A program made the position numbers and the translations under genes. From Patescibacteria group bacterium (lineage in GTDB: Bacteria > Patescibacteriota > Minisyncoccia > Phycocordibacterales > UBA918): 64,000 nt of DNA. Location: NCBI GenBank assembly GCA_038061715.1, contig JBBTYP010000003.1, positions 12,034-76,033 on the forward strand. The letters run 5' to 3'. This document shows, piece by piece, positions 18,545 through 24,880 of this stretch (position 1 is its first letter; every line of letters starts with the position of its first letter). The notes below the pieces were generated by a model that saw nothing but the letters and a program-made list of their open reading frames with translations, did no database searches and was not told the origin of the DNA.

Positions 18545-18991
18545 TTATTTATTAAGTAATACTTCAAAAAAATCCTCGCCCGATTGAGTAAGATCGTAGG
18601 TATTTTTACCTTTTTGTCTGACTAATCCGTCCTTGATGGCACGACTAAGGTACACCGGAGCATATGCTCCGTGGAACTTACCTTCCTTCCAACCCTGCTG
18701 AATATCACTAACCTGCACGTCAGTTTTAATAAGGATTTTTTCGTTATAGCCTACGATTGCCGCTACACGCTCCTGACCGTTTTCTAATGAGTTATTTCTG
18801 GCTAATTCAGGCAGTGTGATTTTTTTCTGCGTCTGCCGTATTGTAGGGGTTGGAGACAAAGATTGTTCGCTCCCAGACGTGAGTGCGTCAATCTTTACAT
18901 GCAGTGCTTGTAAAGAGGCTTTTATTTCCTTAAGTGTTTGATTGATATTCTCCATACTGTTTTGTAATACTAGGTTTATAGGGTCCGACAT
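18545..18991 (-). CDS. Coiled-coil plus winged-helix-like hypothetical protein
   Basis: TLKEIKASLQALHVKIDAL heptads; LSRAIKDGLV...YDLTQSGEDFFE. Confidence 0.6.
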   Translation of the reverse strand: MSDPINLVLQNSMENINQTLKEIKASLQALHVKIDALTSGSEQSLSPTPTIRQTQKKITLPELARNNSLENGQERVAAIVGYNEKILIKTDVQVSDIQQGWKEGKFHGAYAPVYLSRAIKDGLVRQKGKNTYDLTQSGEDFFEVLLNK

Positions 18992-19250
18992 CGTGGATAT
19001 CTGTTCGATATATTCCTATTATATTCTTTTGTTTATGGTTGTAAAGTGCTACAAATTTTACTTACGATGTGGAAGGAGTGGATAACTTCGGACATAACAG
19101 AATTAAGCTCGATAATAACTTTAAAAATAAGGGTTTTTAATACTAGTTGTCTGTTCGTATTGTACCGCTTACTCCCCACTTCGCAAACAACTTATCTAGC
19201 TAAGGTACTGACTAATAGCCCCGTTTAGCCTATTATTGACGACACAATAC

Positions 19251-19450
19251 CTAACCAGAGAGTAATCTCTAGCGTGGTTTGAAGAATTCTTTCGCCAACG
19301 CGAACTGGTAATTGGTCGTTAGACGTCAGATTTGTAACATTTCGTTTAAATTGACACTACCGAGAGGCCTTAATTGGTACAGCGAAAAGTCGCCAAGAAA
19401 CCCTTGTGGAGCTTGATGGCACAAATTCCGATACTGAGAGGGAGCACAAC
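19251..19450 (+). pseudogene. Degenerate inverted duplicate of the adjacent 19451-19843 gene
   Basis: Encodes QRELVIG (vs QREWVIG) and YREAL...RQE (vs YRETL...RQD), with a stop and a deletion. Confidence 0.55.
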
Positions 19451-19843
19451 TTACTCCGATATTAATGTGGTGGCATCTAGCGCAGTTTCCAAATCCGTAG
19501 AACTAGCAGTCACTTCGGTTTCGCTAACCTCTACTGGCGCATAATTTTTATTTAAGGAATTGAGCTTATCTTGACGCTGTTTAATAATCTCGAGCACTTG
19601 ATTGACCAAGGTTTCTCGGTACACGACCTCTGCTGTATCATCAGCCGCCACCGAGACATCGATGGCTTGATTTTTAAAGTAAATATAAACACTTATAAAA
19701 GTAGCGAAAATAAATAATCCTAGAGAAACCACTAACCCGATTACCCACTCGCGTTGCGGGTGCATTAGCTGTGGATCACGAAGCGAAACTCTCTTTTTAG
19801 ATAGTTTCTTGAGAACATTCTTAATGTGCAGCCTATTTTTCAT
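19451..19843 (-). CDS. Single-TM protein, last gene of the pilMNO-like operon
   Basis: Overlaps the upstream gene; one TM helix. Confidence 0.6.
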   Translation of the reverse strand: MKNRLHIKNVLKKLSKKRVSLRDPQLMHPQREWVIGLVVSLGLFIFATFISVYIYFKNQAIDVSVAADDTAEVVYRETLVNQVLEIIKQRQDKLNSLNKNYAPVEVSETEVTASSTDLETALDATTLISE

Positions 19844-20360
19844 AATTAGCAATAAACACTCTAATCGTCACCTTGGCTTCCCAATTATTTTCTGAACGAT
19901 CTGTCATCTGCAATGAAGTTATCTCCGAAACGTAAGGGAGGTTTTCGAGAATAGTAACGAATCGATCGACATCACTTTGCGTACCAGAAAGTGTGAACTG
20001 GGCATTGACCCATTTATCTTTAGTTTTTTTGTCACTTCCTTCCTCAAGAGCGTCGGTCTTTAGCGTAATTCCGTTTTGTGGAGCCAAGGCTTCAACCTGA
20101 TTAAGGAAAGTGATGCTTTCACTCACTTGGGGTAAAAAGTAGTTATTTAATTGTTCGCGATCTGATTTTGAATCTTCGGAAATCTTTTGCAGATGATGGT
20201 AGGTTTTCTCAAGTTCGTTGCCAATTTTGATGGCGGCTAGTTGTGTTTTGAGGGTTTCCTCTTTGTCACTTATCATTTTGTAGCTAAAGCCAGACACTCC
20301 TACAGTAGTAAGGAGACAGACTGAAGCGATCAAAAAATTTCTAAGGGTACTACGGCTCAT
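19833..20360 (-). CDS. PilO-like type IV pilus alignment protein
   Basis: TM, coiled coil, FLNQVEALA...LSG...FVTILENLP ferredoxin-like pattern; operon position. Confidence 0.65.
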   Translation of the reverse strand: MSRSTLRNFLIASVCLLTTVGVSGFSYKMISDKEETLKTQLAAIKIGNELEKTYHHLQKISEDSKSDREQLNNYFLPQVSESITFLNQVEALAPQNGITLKTDALEEGSDKKTKDKWVNAQFTLSGTQSDVDRFVTILENLPYVSEITSLQMTDRSENNWEAKVTIRVFIANYEK

Positions 20361-20902
20361 AGATTTTTTTCTTTAGCCATTGTGATGCTGAGATCAAATG
20401 GTATATCGCGATCTTTGGCTAAATTAGAAATTGGTAAATCTACCGTTTCGATCCTTTCATCATCGAGCATACGAGTGCGAAAAGCCGCAAGCGTACGCCT
20501 GTCTTCTGCTGTACCCGCTACTTTTACTTCTTTGATACCCGTTTCATCCCGTCGAAGAGAAATCTGTGTAATGCGTAGACTGTTTGATTCAAAACCACGA
20601 AACAGCGAAACGTACTCGGTCATTGACGGATGTGCAAATCGATCAGATAAGGCAACCGCGGTCTGGCTGGCTCGTTCAAGCTCCTTGGCTACGTTTTCGA
20701 AGCTGGCGTTTTTCTCGTCCGCTGTTTCGGCTGAGGCTGTGTATGCTTTTACCTGAAGATTGATGAGCACGTACGATGGTATTAAAATAACGATACCTAG
20801 TAGCAATACAAAAGACCAGAGGAAGAACCAGACTGTCACCGAACGAAGCCAGTACTCATGGACTAAATGCTTTTTTGCCTCAAAAGGAATTAAGTTAATC
20901 AT
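20357..20902 (-). CDS. PilN-like protein
   Basis: N-terminal INLIP motif, TM, VAGTA..R..LAAF. Confidence 0.75.
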   Translation of the reverse strand: MINLIPFEAKKHLVHEYWLRSVTVWFFLWSFVLLLGIVILIPSYVLINLQVKAYTASAETADEKNASFENVAKELERASQTAVALSDRFAHPSMTEYVSLFRGFESNSLRITQISLRRDETGIKEVKVAGTAEDRRTLAAFRTRMLDDERIETVDLPISNLAKDRDIPFDLSITMAKEKNL

Positions 20903-20904
20903 AG

Positions 20905-21993
20905 TTAAATAATACTCTTTAGGGCGAGTCCTATCGCTCCAGCATATCCATACGAGTACCTTCTACCAATTGGCGGGACGGTTTCCTCCAACGAAAAAGC
21001 ATTCTCCCAGACATTACCACGCACAGTCGGAATGTTGAGGGTTTCGCTTAGATAATCGGGTAAGCCTTTTAAATTAGCGCTCCCCCCACAAAGGACGACT
21101 GTTGTGATCCTTCTGGCTTCATCGTTGTCACTCTTCAAGTGCCAATACTGCATGCGGGTAGCGATCTCATCCTTCACCACCGATAGGGTGGAGATAAGGG
21201 CATCGCGTACCAATGAAGAATCTGTCCCTCGGACCAGGCCAATTGTATTTTTGATTTTAGTTAGTTCTGGTTCTGGCTTGTCACCGAGAGCCTTACGTAG
21301 TACTTGAGACAGTTGTTCGCCTCCAATATCTACGGTCGAAGTATAGAGCAATGCCCCTTTATGAACGATACCGATTCCAGCACGGGTCTTTCCAAAGTCA
21401 ACCAACATCGCCGCTCCCGATAAATTTTTTGGGATAACGGCTCGGGCCATAGCTTGGGCCTCGATCTCAAAGGAAACTGGTCGCAAGTCTGCTTCTAGAC
21501 ACGCTTCGTAATAAGACTGTATGGTCTGCCGCGGATACGCTACCACTGACACATCAACATTAACCGCCTCTTCCTTTGCTGGCAGTATGGAGTAATCGAA
21601 GAATACTTCCCGAGCAGGAATAGGAACGTTTTCTTCCAGTTTAAATTCCAGCAGTCCCCTAATTTCTTTATGGGGTGTGTTATTTTTGATGGTTGTCTCA
21701 AATAGATACGCTTTCTCTTCCGGTAACGACAATCGTACAAACTCGGCCTTGGTTTTTTCTTTAAATTCTTTTAAGACAGAGGCCAACTGCTTAGCATCGG
21801 TCACTTCGCCCCTTGTCACCACTCCACTGGGGATTGTGATGTCGCCCCACTGTTCTATCTGACGCGTGTCGTTATCAAAAATAGTTGGTTTGAAGGAGAG
21901 ATACTTGAGAGAGGTATCAGAAATATCAACGCCAATACAGGGCATTGTTAGATAGGTTGGTGGTGGCACAATACGAAATAAACCCGAAAGCAT
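20905..21993 (-). CDS. pilM: Type IV pilus assembly protein PilM
   Basis: GVDISDTSLK, VDFG, LCGGSANLKGL, AIGLAL actin-like fold motifs. Confidence 0.88.
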   Translation of the reverse strand: MLSGLFRIVPPPTYLTMPCIGVDISDTSLKYLSFKPTIFDNDTRQIEQWGDITIPSGVVTRGEVTDAKQLASVLKEFKEKTKAEFVRLSLPEEKAYLFETTIKNNTPHKEIRGLLEFKLEENVPIPAREVFFDYSILPAKEEAVNVDVSVVAYPRQTIQSYYEACLEADLRPVSFEIEAQAMARAVIPKNLSGAAMLVDFGKTRAGIGIVHKGALLYTSTVDIGGEQLSQVLRKALGDKPEPELTKIKNTIGLVRGTDSSLVRDALISTLSVVKDEIATRMQYWHLKSDNDEARRITTVVLCGGSANLKGLPDYLSETLNIPTVRGNVWENAFSLEETVPPIGRRYSYGYAGAIGLALKSII

Positions 21994-22048
21994 AGCTATC
22001 TAAGTATACCGTGCTTGGGTGCAAAAATATTTGCGCGAACTCACACGT

Positions 22049-22669
22049 TTAAAATGTAAGTAAGTAGGCTACGTACGCGAGTACTGCCAAAAAGGCAACT
22101 AGTGATATCTTTTTGAGGTGTTTTTTGGCTATTTCTAGCGCACTTTCTCCGAAGGTGTGCGTTAGGTATGCCACCACTCCAAAGCGTACTCCTCGTCCGG
22201 CTAGCGATCCGAGAATGAACATGAAAATATTTCCCTTCAACACACCCGCTGCGATTACTACAAATCCGTACGGAATTGGTGTAAAAGCGCCGAGAAAAGT
22301 AATCATGAAAGTACCTTGATCAAAATGTTTTACTATACTATTAAAGGCGACGGTTGATTCTGGTGAAAGCAGGGCCAGTAGTTGGTCAGTGAAGAAAGTT
22401 GCAAACAGATACAACATTACCCCACCAAGGACAGAGGCTGAAGTAGCGACCGCAAAACCTAGCCAAGCCCGTGAGCGATTGGCTATGATGTAGGCGGCCA
22501 AAAATGGATCGACTGGACCAGGAAAAGCCACCGCTGAGTCGACAAAACTAATCGCTCCCAGCACCCATAAGCCAAACTTCGAACGCAAAAGCTGCCCTGT
22601 CTTTTCGACAATACCGGCCACTTCTTTCTCATATTGCTCTTCGAGCTGATGTATTTCTTCTCTAATCAT
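22049..22669 (-). CDS. DedA/YqaA (VTT) membrane protein
   Basis: SFVDS..FPGPVD, FTPIPY, GRGVRF. Confidence 0.85.
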   Translation of the reverse strand: MIREEIHQLEEQYEKEVAGIVEKTGQLLRSKFGLWVLGAISFVDSAVAFPGPVDPFLAAYIIANRSRAWLGFAVATSASVLGGVMLYLFATFFTDQLLALLSPESTVAFNSIVKHFDQGTFMITFLGAFTPIPYGFVVIAAGVLKGNIFMFILGSLAGRGVRFGVVAYLTHTFGESALEIAKKHLKKISLVAFLAVLAYVAYLLTF

Positions 22670-22998
22670 TTTAATTTAGTTCCGTTTTTAAGTGGCACAC
22701 TGGGGTGAAGCAGAGCAAACGCTGCTTCAGTGTTGGCAGCCAGAATCATGCCGTTACTTTCTAGACCTCTAATCGTACGCGGTGCGAGGTTGGTCACAAA
22801 TGGACATTGTTTACCTACCAAAATTTGTGGATCTTCGTAGTATTCACGTATACCCGATAGGATTTGGCGTGGTGTTTCCTCTCCAAAATCAACTTCCAGT
22901 CGCAGAAGTTTATCTGCATCAGGCACTACCTCTACCGACAAAATAGTGCCAAGTGAAATTTCTATTTTCGCAAAGTCAGTGTAGCTAATTTTTTCCAT
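22666..22998 (-). CDS. Standalone tRNA-binding OB-fold protein (Trbp111/MetRS C-terminal-like)
   Basis: DFAK, ADKLL, RQILSGI, NLAPR...SNGMILA. Confidence 0.88.
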   Translation of the reverse strand: MEKISYTDFAKIEISLGTILSVEVVPDADKLLRLEVDFGEETPRQILSGIREYYEDPQILVGKQCPFVTNLAPRTIRGLESNGMILAANTEAAFALLHPSVPLKNGTKLK

Positions 22999-22999
22999 A

Positions 23000-23380
23000 C
23001 TACTTTTTTCGAGTGATAAAACTATCTAAAATAATAGCGGCGGCGGCGGCATCGGTCTGTGCATTCCTCCCTTGAATTCTGATTGCCTGCTGGGTTGAAT
23101 ACTGCTCGGGTTCAAGGTGAATCGGAATACCTTCTGCTAAGGTAAGGTCTGCTATAAATTCTTCCACTGCAGTGTGAATCTTGTTGGCCTGACCAGTATA
23201 GCCAACCGAATGTCCGATGACGACTTCCTGTACGTTCCTCTCGATAATCAAAGACGTTATAGTTTCTAATAACTTACTGTCATTTTTTATCACCCCATGC
23301 GGAAAAGCCATACTGCCTGACTCGTCAGAGAAAGCAATACCAACGTTTTTATGACCATAATCAATACCCATTAATCGCAT
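23000..23380 (-). CDS. ruvX: YqgF/RuvX family nuclease
   Basis: MGIDYG...GIAFSD, E.YST, DAAAAAIIL; start at M8. Confidence 0.88.
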   Translation of the reverse strand: MRLMGIDYGHKNVGIAFSDESGSMAFPHGVIKNDSKLLETITSLIIERNVQEVVIGHSVGYTGQANKIHTAVEEFIADLTLAEGIPIHLEPEQYSTQQAIRIQGRNAQTDAAAAAIILDSFITRKK

Positions 23381-23494
23381 GTATATGTGACAGCATAGCA
23401 TGAAAACAGGCGCACAAAGTATGCATTTTTACGCTCACTTGCCGCATAATACATATGTGATTTTGTATCCTTACGTCACAAACTATCTCATTCG

Positions 23495-23585
23495 CTCGAA
23501 TCTTACAGATTCAGTTCAGGTTGTCGCCATTTTTACAAAATAGCTGGCAACCTCTTGCGAAATGATATTAAGTCATTTCTCACCC
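23495..23585 (-). repeat. Hairpin element core, copy B (downstream of tRNA-Arg GCG)
   Basis: CTCGAATCTTACAGATTC...GGTTGTCGC...GCTGGCAACC...TTGCGAAATG...CATTTCTCACCC on the + strand. Confidence 0.8.
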
Positions 23586-23710
23586 CACTCGTTGCGGTCC
23601 TCGGCTACATTTCATTTCGCCTGCGGGCTTCGCCGCGACTCGGTTCAAATCCTATTAAAAGCTACAACGGCAAAGACCCAGAAAGAATGCTCTTTCTGGG
23701 TCTGCCATTG

Positions 23711-23782
23711 TGCTCTCACCAGGAATCGGACCTGGATCACCAATTCCGCAAACTGGTATTCTATCCATTAAACTATGAGAGC
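23711..23782 (-). tRNA. tRNA-Arg(GCG)
   Basis: CCAGT-TTGCGGA-ATTGG anticodon arm; T-loop reads TCCGATT. Confidence 0.88.
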
Positions 23783-23912
23783 GATGGGAGGGATGTTACC
23801 ACAAGAAATAAGGCGCGTCACCCCCTTACTTAGACAAATCAGTACTTATATGGAAGCCAGCTTATATGTATAGTGCGAATGCAGTTTAAGGATGTTTACA
23901 TACAGGGGGCAA

Positions 23913-23994
23913 GTACACCTTGTCGCTATGTTTGTTCGTAAACTCACAAAATAGCTGGCAAGGCCTTGCGAAAGTCTCCCAGACTTTCTCACCC
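23913..23994 (-). repeat. Hairpin element core, copy C (partial; starts at the stop codon of the upstream gene)
   Basis: GTACACCTTGTCGC...GCTGGCAAGG...TTGCGAAAGTCT-ccc-AGACTTTCTCACCC on the + strand. Confidence 0.78.
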
Positions 23995-24464
23995 TAGAAA
24001 CCGAATAATTCAAGCACCTTCAAAAACAAAGGTTCATGAATGACTTCTTCAGGCAGGCGCTGCTCTAAGATACTTTCCACGTCATCAATGTGTTCGGGTG
24101 GGATTGGTAATACTAAAAGTGGTATGGATTTGCGGTGAGTGCGAATTAAGAGTTGCGGCCCACGCGGATCTTCCTCATCAAGGTGGTAAGCGTCGAGAGT
24201 TGAATAAGGAAACAGCTCATCCTCTACCTTCACTCCTCGCACACTAACACCATAGGGCACAATCGACGGTCTTTGCGCTGCCGACATCCCTAACACTCCG
24301 CCGGCGAGTCCTAATAAAAGGGCAAACATAACATTATCAAGTAGAATCGCAGTAACGACACAAGCGATTACAACTACTGCCAACGCCAAAAACCAGTCGT
24401 TGCCTTTTTCGACATGGTGATGTTGCGGTGCTTCCCAAAATATTCCCCGAACAGCTGGTTCCAT
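23994..24464 (-). CDS. Two-TM membrane protein of unknown function
   Basis: W.APQHHH.EK..DW, two TM helices, beta-rich C-terminal domain; start at M34. Confidence 0.7.
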   Translation of the reverse strand: MEPAVRGIFWEAPQHHHVEKGNDWFLALAVVVIACVVTAILLDNVMFALLLGLAGGVLGMSAAQRPSIVPYGVSVRGVKVEDELFPYSTLDAYHLDEEDPRGPQLLIRTHRKSIPLLVLPIPPEHIDDVESILEQRLPEEVIHEPLFLKVLELFGF

Positions 24465-24565
24465 TTGTTTTATAATATCACAAAGCCAGTGTACATTTTG
24501 ACCAAGTTCTGTTACTATCTCGCGACAAACGACCGCCAGCAACCACTGCTGTCGGAAGCACATAC

Positions 24566-24652
24566 GGAGGGATGGCTGAGTGGTTGAAGGCGGCGGTCTT
24601 GAAAACCGTTAAGGGTGAAAGCTCTTCGAGGGTTCGAATCCCTCTCCCTCCG
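24566..24652 (+). tRNA. tRNA-Ser(TGA)
   Basis: GCGGT-CTTGAAA-ACCGT, long variable arm, GGTTCGAATCC. Confidence 0.95.
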
Positions 24653-24862
24653 CGAGTACAAAATAGCGCCTTTAGGTGCTTTTTTGTTCGCGGAGGGAGG
24701 CCTAGCTTTTCTCTAGAAAAGTGTCAGGCGGATTCGAAAAGGTTGCCAGCCCGGTTATGAACGAAGTGAAATAACCGAGCGACAACCTGTACTGAACATG
24801 TAATGTTCGAATCCTGGACAGGCCGTGAGTACAAAATAGCGCCCGTATGGGCGCTTTTTTGT
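24653..24862 (+). repeat. tRNA-Ser trailer element: antisense 3' copy split by a hairpin, core copy D (24741-24810) and duplicated trailer
   Basis: TCGCGGAGGGAG[hairpin]GGATTCGAA, GGTTGCCAGC...GCGACAACC, then TTCGAATCC and a second GAGTACAAAATAGCGCC. Confidence 0.8.
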
Positions 24863-24880
24863 TTGCTTGTTTGAGCTGAA

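Noticed and set aside
6334-19250. Prophage or integrative element at tRNA-His or tRNA-Arg
   Set aside because: No integrase, phage structural genes or duplicated tRNA 3' att site was found. These are reported only as accessory islands.
19230-19450. tmRNA or RNase P RNA in this gap
   Set aside because: No tRNA-like ends or P4 consensus. The sequence is explained by an inverted gene remnant.
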